From a virus (Duplodnaviria; Caudoviricetes), in the IMG/VR virus record IMGVR_UViG_3300025168_000103, positions 1 to 56,292 of that record: DNA of 56,292 nt. One strand, written 5' to 3'. A program made the position numbers and the translations under genes. Positions 9,030 through 18,500 of this stretch are shown here, piece after piece; within the stretch, counting starts at the first letter, position 1; every line of letters begins with the position of its first letter. Under the pieces are notes generated by a model. The model ran no database searches. It was not told where the DNA came from and was given only the letters and a program-made list of their open reading frames with translations.

Positions 9030-9381
9030 GGTATTCTACTGCATGTCCTTCTCTAATTAATAATTCATTTAAGCTTTCTATAGTTAATTTTTCTTGTCCA
9101 TCTACCATGTCTAAAAATATTTCTCCTAAACATCTACCAAACTTACCTATACCATGAGAGTGTAATTGTATATTCTTACATCCCTCTAATAATTGTTTAA
9201 CTCTGTCTTTAGCCGCTAATCCTCTTGCTTTTTCTTCTAAATCTTTAGTTCTAGATTCTGGAGCGTTTATCCCCATAAATCTAACTCTTTTCTTTACTTT
9301 AATATCAAAACCTAAATCTATCTCAGCGTCGATAGTATCTCCATCAACTACTTTTAATACAGAAATTTTATAGTTATACAT
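9013..9381 (-). CDS. thermonuclease (SNase) family protein
   Basis: VVDGDTID, RVRFMGINAPE, GKFGRCLG, LIREGHA. Confidence 0.9.
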   Translation of the reverse strand: MYNYKISVLKVVDGDTIDAEIDLGFDIKVKKRVRFMGINAPESRTKDLEEKARGLAAKDRVKQLLEGCKNIQLHSHGIGKFGRCLGEIFLDMVDGQEKLTIESLNELLIREGHAVEYHGGKR

Positions 9382-10415
9382 TATCTTATTACGTAATTAA
9401 TTCCTAATTTAAAATTATACCATTCTCTATTCCAATATTTATTGTACTTTCCTTCTACAAAAATACCTACTTGTTTATTAATTTTTTTACCAAATATAGC
9501 TCCACCTGAATAATCATACCATTGTCCTCCTATAAAATTATGATACGCATATTCGTTACCGTCATCGTAATGATAAGGCATTAAATTACCCCAAGAATGT
9601 AACCAAAAATCTTTTTTGTAATAATAGTAATCAAATCCTAATACTAAAGAATGGTTCCAAATACTATTTAATTTGTTTCTTTTACTTACTGTGTAATCAT
9701 ATAATACTTCAGGTATTACTACTTGTTCCCAAACGTCTGAAGAATAAGCAACTATATTACCTTCTGGATTATAATATATTTCGTGATACACATCTACATT
9801 GTAACCTTCTTCTAATGCTAAATATGTATAGTGTATATTACCGTTATCTAATTTCCATTCTTCTAAAGGGTCGTATCCATAAGGCTCAGATATTCTTTGT
9901 ACAGCTCCAATATTAAACGAAAGATTGTTGTTGTAACTATACCTATATCTTTGTGAGCCTTCAAAGTATTCTACATCAGCAAATCCATCTTTTAAATATT
10001 CAATTTTAGCGTTCCAGTTATCTGCTACATATCTTATAAAATGATGTTGGTCTAAATACTCTACACCTTCTTGTCTTTTATAATTTAATTCAAATAAAAA
10101 CTCCGTTCCTTTTATTTTACCTATTGTAGCTGCGTCACTATAATTAGACTCACTTCCATCGTAAAATGTATTAGCTTTGTTTTCATATCCAAATCTAGCT
10201 ATTTTTCTTACGCCTAATGTAACATTGTAATCATAAGGTGTTTGTACAGTAGTAGTAGTTAATCCTTCTGTTATAGAGAATACATCTATATCAGATACAG
10301 ATGTACCTCCATTTATAGCTCCGTAAAATGTAGAAAATTTAAATTGATTTTTTAAATTTTGAGCATTAACTATAGTTGTTAATATTAAAAATATATATAA
10401 TAATAATTTTCTCAT
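9381..10415 (-). CDS. putative outer-membrane beta-barrel protein with signal peptide
   Basis: Sec signal MRKLLLYIFLILTTIVNA-Q, alternating aromatic beta strands, C-terminal FKLGINYVIR beta-signal-like strand. Confidence 0.65.
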   Translation of the reverse strand: MRKLLLYIFLILTTIVNAQNLKNQFKFSTFYGAINGGTSVSDIDVFSITEGLTTTTVQTPYDYNVTLGVRKIARFGYENKANTFYDGSESNYSDAATIGKIKGTEFLFELNYKRQEGVEYLDQHHFIRYVADNWNAKIEYLKDGFADVEYFEGSQRYRYSYNNNLSFNIGAVQRISEPYGYDPLEEWKLDNGNIHYTYLALEEGYNVDVYHEIYYNPEGNIVAYSSDVWEQVVIPEVLYDYTVSKRNKLNSIWNHSLVLGFDYYYYKKDFWLHSWGNLMPYHYDDGNEYAYHNFIGGQWYDYSGGAIFGKKINKQVGIFVEGKYNKYWNREWYNFKLGINYVIR

Positions 10416-11222
10416 TTAATAGTCTTGTCCATTTATATAAGTATACATATCACTTCTTTGTGAATCACTCAAGGCTGTTCCTTTCCAAACAAGAACATCT
10501 TTAAATACTCCTTCTGTTGGTAATGCAGTGTCAGCAGCACACCCTATATTATTTAAAGTAAAAGCATCAGAATCTCGACGAGCAGATGCATCATTATTCC
10601 AAAACTTATCAGTGTAATTTCCTCCATGTATATGATACGTTAAGTTTCCTGTACTTCCATCTTTTCTAGTAAGAGTATGAATATAATAAGTATCAGTAGC
10701 TAGGTCATCTTCTCCTTCGTCAAATTCAATTATAGGGTTATTTCCTCCTATAAAAACCCCTACTCTTGTAGAGTCTGTCCATTTAATTACTTCTTTTGCA
10801 GCACTTCCTATTAACCCCATAGCCGTGCTAAAGTCTGTCAATTTAACTCTTATCATAATAGTAAAATCTTCATTTGCTTCAATATTATTTTCTCCCCCTA
10901 CATTTGTCACCATGTTTAAATGGGTATCAGCGGTATCATCAGGCCATACTAGTCCTCCAAAATCAGCCGAGTCAGTTTCCCAGTGCGGTTTTCTATCTGG
11001 TGAAGATGTCTGAGAAGCGTGCCTATCATTTCCTGATTGGTCGTCCCATGAATTAATATCTTCACCGTCTCGCATATTACCTGCGTCAGACGTATTACCA
11101 CTAGCAGCTGTTATACCTGTATTAACCTTAAACCAAACATCTAATCCACTTATATCAGATGGTGATACTGACCCTCCTACAATAGAAGTTTTTTTACTTA
11201 TACCTACGCCTAATCCTAACAT
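10416..11222 (-). CDS. LamG/concanavalin-A-like domain protein (putative tail or receptor-binding)
   Basis: MLGLG...SGLDVWF, SWDDQSGNDRHASQ, DFTIMIRVK, DVLVWK..ALSDSQ. Confidence 0.7.
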   Translation of the reverse strand: MLGLGVGISKKTSIVGGSVSPSDISGLDVWFKVNTGITAASGNTSDAGNMRDGEDINSWDDQSGNDRHASQTSSPDRKPHWETDSADFGGLVWPDDTADTHLNMVTNVGGENNIEANEDFTIMIRVKLTDFSTAMGLIGSAAKEVIKWTDSTRVGVFIGGNNPIIEFDEGEDDLATDTYYIHTLTRKDGSTGNLTYHIHGGNYTDKFWNNDASARRDSDAFTLNNIGCAADTALPTEGVFKDVLVWKGTALSDSQRSDMYTYINGQDY

Positions 11223-11250
11223 TTATTATTTTTTAATATTAATATTTTCT

Positions 11251-13929
11251 TCATCTCATATATTTTTTATCTACACTACCGTCATTATATATGTAAAATA
11301 ATAACTGTCTTTTATGTCCCGTAACTGGCCTACCTAGTATATCTGTAATCATTATTAATTCTTTATTATATCTTTTAGGTAGCGGGCCTATCCAAGTTCC
11401 TTTACAATAATTATATGTTGCTTGACATATAGTGTCCCACTCGTTTTCACAACAATATTTGTCTACATCAATCACCCAGGCATAGCAAGGGTCGTTTAAC
11501 CAATAGGGAATGCCTGGGCCAGTGATACAGCCAGCATCATAGAGACAAGAACTACTATCGTTAATATTAGCAAGAACATTATAATTAAATGATGTTTGGT
11601 CCATACACCCTTCAACAATATCCACACACGAACCATTTTCAGTATTAGCTGCTGAATCATAGTTAAGAGCAGTACTGTCGGTACAACCATACACATAATC
11701 AATACAACTAAAATCTTCTGTATTGGCTTGGGCATTGTAATTAATAGCACTAGGGTCAGTACAACCATAAATGAAAGGAACGCAAGAGTTATTGTCAACA
11801 TTAGATAAGGGATTATAATTAAACATAGAACTGTCTGTGCAACCATAGATAGGTAACACGCAGCTGAAATCATCTGTATTACATGAGTCACAATAATTCA
11901 ATGCAATTGGGTCGGTACACCCTAGTATAACGGGTACACAACTTCCATTATCTACATTTGCTAGTAAGTTGTAATTAAAAGCTAAAGAATCCATGCATCC
12001 ATATACAGGTAATATACAACTAAAATCGTCAACATTACAACTATCGCAATAGTTTAGAGATGTAGGGTTAGTACATCCGTAAATATAAGGAATACAACTA
12101 TTGTTGTTGGCATTAGCTAGAGGGTCGTAATTAAACATACTAGAGTCTGTACAACCATAAGAGTATGGTATACATGAGTTGTTGTCTGTATTAGCTAATG
12201 AATTATAATTATACATAGTAGCGTCCATACATCCATATATAAATGGTATACAAGAGCTGTCATCTGTGTTTGAGCTAGGAGAATAGTTCCACATTGTAGA
12301 ATCTGTACACCCTAGAATAACCCCTATACAACTACCATCATCTGTATTGGCAAGAGGATTGTAATTTATAGCAATAGAACTCATACATCCATATACTATA
12401 GCTATACATGGAGAGGTAGTATTAGCGTTAGGATTATAATTAAAAGCTAAGGGCTGCATACATCCTACAACTACTGGTATACACCCACCGTTATCTACAT
12501 TAGCTGTAGAATCATAGTTAAACGATAATGAATCAGTACACCCAAATAAAGCCAATGTATTACAACTTCCATCATCTATATCTGCAATATATCCTTGAGT
12601 GTAGTATGTTAAATACGCAGGAGATACACATCCTGGATTATAATAACATATATCTGATGTATTAGCACCTGTATTATAGTTATAAGCAGTAGAATCCATA
12701 CATCCTATTACCACAGGTATACATTCATTACCACAATAAGTTGTTCCTGTGTAATTATAAAAAGGTATTATTGGATTAGAGAATCCCCCAGGAACATGTA
12801 AAGTAGTGTCTCCTGAAGAACTAACTAATATAAATCCACATTCTATTGCAGTCCCACTAGCTTGAGAGTTAACAAAGAACTTAGCTTTTATTGTTTCAGG
12901 AGAATTTAATGTTAAATAAAAAGTCTGACTGCTTCCGTATCCTAAAATATAAGACGTTGTATCATCTTGCATTATGTCTAATCTACTTCCCACCCATCCG
13001 TTACCAGCTAAATCAAATAAAGTTAATGTATATGTACAACTATCTATATAATCCATAGTATTAGCTATAGAATTGTAGTTAAACATAGTTGAATCTATAC
13101 ATCCATAAACCTTTAATGTTACACAACTACTGTCGTTTTGAGTTGCTAAAGGATTATATTCTACATAATTATCATCCATACAACCTAAAATAGGTACTGG
13201 AGGAGGACATGTATCTGAGATAAATGTATGTGTAGTATCTGTACCGTAATTTGCAACATCTCCATATACCAATGTATCCCCACATTGCATAAAATAATAC
13301 GAACCATCATTACCTCCCCACAAACTACCAGACAACCCATCTCCATATGAATCATACATAGTTAGACTCACCTCTCCTAAAGGTAAACAAACATTCTCAA
13401 ATTGAGGTTCGTAATCTGGAGCTGTTGAATAAGGACCTCCTGCATACAATAAACTACCTGTAGAATCATGTATCTCCCAAGTAGTTTCGCTTTGAAATTG
13501 GTCTAAATTTATATTAAGTATTGACGGAACGCAAGTTGATAAAACTGGAGGACCGTTACATGGAGGTATAGTTCTATTAGATATTAATCCTGTTGTAAAA
13601 GATGGGGTAGGATAATTAACTATTGTGTCTCCACAAATAGAAACAAAGTAACTTCCAGGTGAAGATATGCCGTCACCATAACTATCGTATATAACAAAAG
13701 AAATATTAGTTAAACTGTCAGGTATGTATAATGTATCGGTATAAGATGAATCTGATTGTGTATAATATCCATAGTTTACCTGTCCCAATATAGTACCGTA
13801 TAAACTATCAGCATGTAACACCCATCTAGTTTCGTTAGGATACCCGTCTGTATTTATGTGTATAATGGTCTCTTTTTGGCTAAACGCTAATAAAGGTACA
13901 AATAATAATAATAATAATAATTTTTTCAT
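11251..13929 (-). CDS. secreted Cys-repeat protein with T9SS-like C-terminal sorting domain
   Basis: Signal peptide MKKLLLLLLFVPLLAFS-Q, two DSYGDG beta domains, 17 GC(T/M)D..A.NY...AN.D..SC repeats, C-terminus ELIMITDILGR...LLFYIYNDGSVDKKY. Confidence 0.8.
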   Translation of the reverse strand: MKKLLLLLLFVPLLAFSQKETIIHINTDGYPNETRWVLHADSLYGTILGQVNYGYYTQSDSSYTDTLYIPDSLTNISFVIYDSYGDGISSPGSYFVSICGDTIVNYPTPSFTTGLISNRTIPPCNGPPVLSTCVPSILNINLDQFQSETTWEIHDSTGSLLYAGGPYSTAPDYEPQFENVCLPLGEVSLTMYDSYGDGLSGSLWGGNDGSYYFMQCGDTLVYGDVANYGTDTTHTFISDTCPPPVPILGCMDDNYVEYNPLATQNDSSCVTLKVYGCIDSTMFNYNSIANTMDYIDSCTYTLTLFDLAGNGWVGSRLDIMQDDTTSYILGYGSSQTFYLTLNSPETIKAKFFVNSQASGTAIECGFILVSSSGDTTLHVPGGFSNPIIPFYNYTGTTYCGNECIPVVIGCMDSTAYNYNTGANTSDICYYNPGCVSPAYLTYYTQGYIADIDDGSCNTLALFGCTDSLSFNYDSTANVDNGGCIPVVVGCMQPLAFNYNPNANTTSPCIAIVYGCMSSIAINYNPLANTDDGSCIGVILGCTDSTMWNYSPSSNTDDSSCIPFIYGCMDATMYNYNSLANTDNNSCIPYSYGCTDSSMFNYDPLANANNNSCIPYIYGCTNPTSLNYCDSCNVDDFSCILPVYGCMDSLAFNYNLLANVDNGSCVPVILGCTDPIALNYCDSCNTDDFSCVLPIYGCTDSSMFNYNPLSNVDNNSCVPFIYGCTDPSAINYNAQANTEDFSCIDYVYGCTDSTALNYDSAANTENGSCVDIVEGCMDQTSFNYNVLANINDSSSCLYDAGCITGPGIPYWLNDPCYAWVIDVDKYCCENEWDTICQATYNYCKGTWIGPLPKRYNKELIMITDILGRPVTGHKRQLLFYIYNDGSVDKKYMR
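11545..12720 (-). repeat. array of ~78-nt (26-aa) coding repeats
   Basis: 15 consecutive GCxD...NY...SC units; two more lie near 13030-13190. Confidence 0.85.
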
Positions 13930-14279
13930 TAGAAGTCTTCCATTAATAACTCCTCAACATATTCTTGTAATTCTTCTCTTGTAGCTGTCATTTTAAAACT
14001 TACATCAGCCTGATATCTTTTCACTTCCTCTCCATCTTTAAAAATAATAATTGTAGGTACAACTACTACTTTATGTTTCTTTTGTAATTTTGGGTTAGCA
14101 GATATATCAATATACGTTACTTCACAGTCAGTTAAATCTCCAACCCACTCAGCTTTATTTGGATTGTTCCATTCAGCATTAAAATGAGTTACTACTACTT
14201 GACTAAAAGACATTCCAGCTATTAGCATAAATACAATAATTAACATGTAAGCTGTCCATATCTTGTAAATTGGCTTCAT
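13929..14279 (-). CDS. exported thioredoxin-fold protein lacking CxxC
   Basis: Signal peptide ending FS-Q; HFNAEWN in place of FxAxWCxxC; VVPTIIIFKDGEEV cis-Pro motif. Confidence 0.75.
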   Translation of the reverse strand: MKPIYKIWTAYMLIIVFMLIAGMSFSQVVVTHFNAEWNNPNKAEWVGDLTDCEVTYIDISANPKLQKKHKVVVVPTIIIFKDGEEVKRYQADVSFKMTATREELQEYVEELLMEDF

Positions 14280-14599
14280 CTATTATAAAGCTTATCCTCT
14301 ATCTTTTCAAGAGTTTTTTTCATTTCTTCTACATCTGACTGTGTGGTTATAATAGTCTGACGAATCATCTGGTCTTTCATATCAAACTCCATTCTGCTAA
14401 TTTCAGCTTCAGGTATATCTTTTAGTATTTCTTCTTTAATAATATTAACGTCTACAGGCACAGGACTTTCTTTAGCTTCTTGTATTTCAGACATAAGTGA
14501 GTACCATCCACCTACAACAACAGCTATACCAGCTGCTATCATTCCCATTGTTTTAACACTCATTTTAAATGTAGTGTCTTCATTTAATTCTTTAGCCAT
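14276..14599 (-). CDS. single-pass membrane protein with periplasmic coiled coil
   Basis: TM segment MGMIAAGIAVVVGGWYSL followed by a heptad-rich C-terminus. Confidence 0.7.
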   Translation of the reverse strand: MAKELNEDTTFKMSVKTMGMIAAGIAVVVGGWYSLMSEIQEAKESPVPVDVNIIKEEILKDIPEAEISRMEFDMKDQMIRQTIITTQSDVEEMKKTLEKIEDKLYNR

Positions 14600-14801
14600 T
14601 AAATAACATTTTTGTAACTATTCCTATTATACTTGTAAAAAACACACCTAACCATATTCTTGCAGATTTTCTAAATGAAGTGTTTTTATTAATACGAGCA
14701 ATTGTTCCATCATCAGGGTCTAATAATCTTTTTTTTATTTCCCTAATATCTTGCTTAAGTTCTACTAACTCAGCATGCAATTGTTCGTTAGTCATTTTCA
14801 T
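14592..14801 (-). CDS. small coiled-coil plus C-terminal TM protein (holin/XhlA-like)
   Basis: LVELKQDIREIKK coil; IWLGVFFTSIIGIV TM segment. Confidence 0.6.
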   Translation of the reverse strand: MKMTNEQLHAELVELKQDIREIKKRLLDPDDGTIARINKNTSFRKSARIWLGVFFTSIIGIVTKMLFNG

Positions 14802-14974
14802 TAGATTTCTAATCCTAAATTAAATATCATTAATCTAAATCTTTTAGATGTACATTTTTTATCACAAAATAAACAAGCTTTAATTTCTAAAACTGTAAAT
14901 GTACCTAATCTAAAATTAAACTCATATTTTTGTTTTTTGTTTCCCGATTTGTATCCGTTTATCCAATTTATCAT
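14801..14974 (-). CDS. small hypothetical protein (57 aa, not in ORF track)
   Basis: MINWINGYKSGNKKQKYEFNFRLGTFTVLEIKACLFCDKKCTSKRFRLMIFNLGLEI, TAATG-coupled to the next gene. Confidence 0.6.
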   Translation of the reverse strand: MINWINGYKSGNKKQKYEFNFRLGTFTVLEIKACLFCDKKCTSKRFRLMIFNLGLEI

Positions 14975-14975
14975 T

Positions 14976-15116
14976 TTATTTATTTTTTATAAAATTAAGC
15001 GCAGATGTTATATTTGTATTATACTTAAACCAATGAGCTAATCCTGAGATACTTGTTATATCCCAAGCAGAGCCTGCCTTCATCGCATATACTAGTCCTG
15101 TTGACAGTCCTAACAT
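14976..15116 (-). pseudogene. truncated LamG-type gene remnant (46 aa)
   Basis: MLGLSTGLVYAMKAGSAWDITSISGLAHWFKYNTNITSA aligns with the N-terminus of 10416-11222, then stops. Confidence 0.6.
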
Positions 15117-15472
15117 TAGTCTCCTATATATGCCATTACGATTCCAGAAGTTATATCAATTTCAGACCATCTTCCAAAAATAGTTACTCCAGCAGGAAAC
15201 TCGTCATCTACATCTACTTGGTCACCTCCAGTTCCAGATATTCTTGTAGCTGTAGACGCGTCATGAGCCGCAGCTTCTGTACCCGCGTATTCAGCATCAC
15301 CATAATTTGTGTCGGCTACCAAACCTCCTGAACTGTCTAATTTAGTAGTAGCTAAAAAAGTAATAGCCACAAATACCTTACCTGTTGGTGGGGTAATCGC
15401 TCCAGCTACACTTGTAAATACAGAACCCAATTGACCAAAACTTTTTTTATATAAATCGTCTATGTTTGCCAT
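15116..15472 (-). CDS. putative structural protein
   Basis: SFGQLGS, FVAITFL, FPAGVTIFGRW..I....G..MAY motifs; small beta-rich protein. Confidence 0.65.
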   Translation of the reverse strand: MANIDDLYKKSFGQLGSVFTSVAGAITPPTGKVFVAITFLATTKLDSSGGLVADTNYGDAEYAGTEAAAHDASTATRISGTGGDQVDVDDEFPAGVTIFGRWSEIDITSGIVMAYIGD

Positions 15473-15494
15473 TTTATTTAATTTTATTTTTTTA

Positions 15495-15502
15495 CAAAGA
15501 TA
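15495..15502 (-). promoter_or_regulatory. Bacteroidota -7 box (TATCTTTG) heading the accessory/lysis operon
   Basis: TAnnTTTG in the 37-nt gap after the vRNAP gene. Confidence 0.7.
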
Positions 15503-15509
15503 ATGAATT

Positions 15510-18500
15510 TTATCTAATTATAGGTGTTTCTTTTTCAGAACTGCCACCATATAAACTTTTTCTTATTTCTTTATTGGTTTGACCAAATGGAGCTATTTCA
15601 TATTGTAGTTCTTTTTCCCATAAAGGAGTTCCTTCTTCTGCTAGATAAGAATCTTTACTTTGTGTTTCTCCACTAACAGCGTAGTTTACAGTATTACCTA
15701 TATTTTCAGCGGTTCCAAAAGAAGACGGTATAATTGTATAATTTTTAAATCTGTTGTAATCTGTCATAACATTTATATCCTTACTTAACTTTTTTAAGTT
15801 TCTTAAAACCATATCATCTTCTCCGTCATCTTCTAATATTAATATTAATAAAGTAACTATACCAGCTAAACTAATACCTCTTATATAAGCTCCCATTTCT
15901 TTTTGTTGGTCTTCACTTAGTTTGTCATATTGTTCTTTAAATGACTTCATAGATATTTCTCCGTTTATCATTTGTCCCCACAGTCCTTGTACATATTTTC
16001 CTGCAGTTGTATAACTACCAACTTGTACTTCTCCAAACCTATCTATATCTCTTTGTTGGAATCTATCTCCAACTAAAGTTATGTACCATTTTTTAAATTG
16101 TAAAGCAGCTCTACCTAAAGCGTATGTTCCCAGCATTCTAGAGTCTAAAGCGGTGTACCCTTCTCCGTGTAGTGTAGATATTTTATGATTTATTTGTCGT
16201 ACACGTTCTTGTGATATTTCACCAGACTTATACTCTTGTTCTGTTAACATACCTAAGAAAGCTGCTCCTTGTATATAATTTTCAGATTTATCCATAAAAA
16301 TAAATGAAGCTCTTTCTATTTTACCAAAAGCTCCTTTTTTATTATCAAGATGTATAAAATCACTAAAGCTATATTCTACAATTCTGTGTTTCTTTAATAA
16401 GTCTTGTGAATAGTTCCAGTCTTGGAAATACCTTTTTTCTCCTAAAACCATTTGCTTACCACCTCTTTTACGCAACTCTTGATACTTACCAGCTAAAACA
16501 TTACCTATAGCTACTAAAGGATTAAAACCTAAAAGCCTTAATGTAGTTAGTCTTACTAACCAATCCATAATTTTTTCTGCTGAATTTAGTTTACGTTCTT
16601 TCTTTTCTAAAAACGATTCTTTCCACCATCTAGTTAGATATTCAGCTGCGTTTTGATTACCGTTTTCTTTATTAAACTGTATTATAGAATCAACTAATAC
16701 AGACATATTTTTCATACCTACAAAAGGATTGTCTTGCATATTAATAGCATTACCATAGTTATCTCTTATAACGTCTCCATGTTTAAATAGAGTACCTCTA
16801 ACAAACTCTAACAAAGCTCCATTTAAATCCATAGACATATGTTCAAACTCTGTTAATTGTCTTCTTTTGTATTCTTCTATTAAAGCTTTATCTGCTTCTG
16901 TTAGTTTACCAGGAGGAACTCCTTCTGCCATTTTTGCAATAGCATCACCATCATTTAATAAAGCGTCTATCTCTGCATCTGTTAATGTTATCTTACTTCC
17001 ATCTTCATGTGTTCCTTTTTTCTTAAGATTTGTTGCTTTACGTTTTAGTTTCTCTAATAATGTAACACCAGCAATTCTTTCTTTTGCTGTACCAGCACTT
17101 TTTAAATAAGTTCTTATACTACTTAAAGGCATTAACACTTCTGTTCCATTTACGTCAAAATATAACTTAACATTTTCTACATTCATATTCTTACCCATTC
17201 TCATATCATATAATCCAAAAAGTCCTTCTTTTGAGAACATTTCTAAATCTCCCATTTGTATATTTTTTACTTTGTCTCCTCTCTCCTGTCTAATAATACC
17301 TCCAAACTTTTCGTTTATTTGTTGGTATAAATTCCAGTAATCATATTCTTCTTTACTTAAAGAATCTCTTTTTCTATTTATTTCCTCTCTAGACAACATT
17401 ATCACTTTACCTTCTTTGGTTCTTTGTGTAATATTGCCATAAAGTTTTTCATATCTTTCAGACATATTAAGTTTACCTTTTATTCTTTCAGATATACCTA
17501 TACCTTTCATTTTAGATTCTATTAGCTTGTCGTGTACACTATTAATTTCATTAACATACATTCTGTTTCTATCTATATAGTTGTAATAGTTTTTCTCTAT
17601 TTCATTTATCATGTATTGTATCTCAGGTCTTTTAGATGTCATATTGTTTGAACCCATCCATTTTCTTAACCAAGATATGTCATCATTTTTAGAAGGAGTT
17701 TTAAAATCATAGTTTTGTAAGTCTGCTTTTTCTTGTAAAAACTTAGTCTGTTTTTCAAAAGCTCTTTGTGCTATTTCAGTTCTAATTAAATGTTTCGCTC
17801 TATTTGTAGCTGAGCTATCTAATTTATCTAACTTAGTCATAGCGTCATATAAATACTCGTCAGTATGTTTTTGTAATTGCTCTTTAGTAAGCTTTTCGTC
17901 TGTTAAGTCTTCTGCTATATTATAATCTACTACATACATTCTGTATCTTTCTTTCAATCTAGAATATATTAAACTATCTTTTGTAATAGACTCTACAGTT
18001 ATTCCTTTGTCTTCTAACCATTCGTTAAACGACAACATATCATTGCTGTCCATATATTCCTTACCCTCACTATTATATCTGTCAAAAGCTTTCTTAGCTC
18101 TTGTAACTTCTGTAGCGGAAGAAACATTCTTTATTTTGTATATGTATATAGGAGACTCTCCTTTAATAAATGATTTGTGATATTTATTACCATTTTCTTT
18201 AATGTCCGCATAATTATCATACCCTTCACTTTGAGCCCATTTATCTAAATTACTAATTTCATCTATACTATTTCTTTTTATAGGTGGACTTATTACTACA
18301 AGAGTGTTTCCTGGTTTTATTAATTTAGTTATATCAGAATTAGTTTCGTTATAAGTACTGTAACCATGACTTATTGTTTTCTTATTTCCTAGAATTATAG
18401 CTTGTTCTTCTAATGTTTCTAGCGTCATGTTACCTTGTATATCCTGTTTTTGTTCTTTAGCTTGTTCTGCTCTTTGTTCTAGCTGTTTGTTTATATCATC

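Noticed and set aside
11496-11891. Alternative-frame 131-aa ORF inside the Cys-repeat gene
   Set aside because: An off-frame by-product of the repeats, with no independent start context.
11545-12720. Regular ~78-nt periodicity as a CRISPR array
   Set aside because: The repeats are degenerate at the DNA level and conserved at the protein level; there is no repeat-spacer structure and no cas gene.
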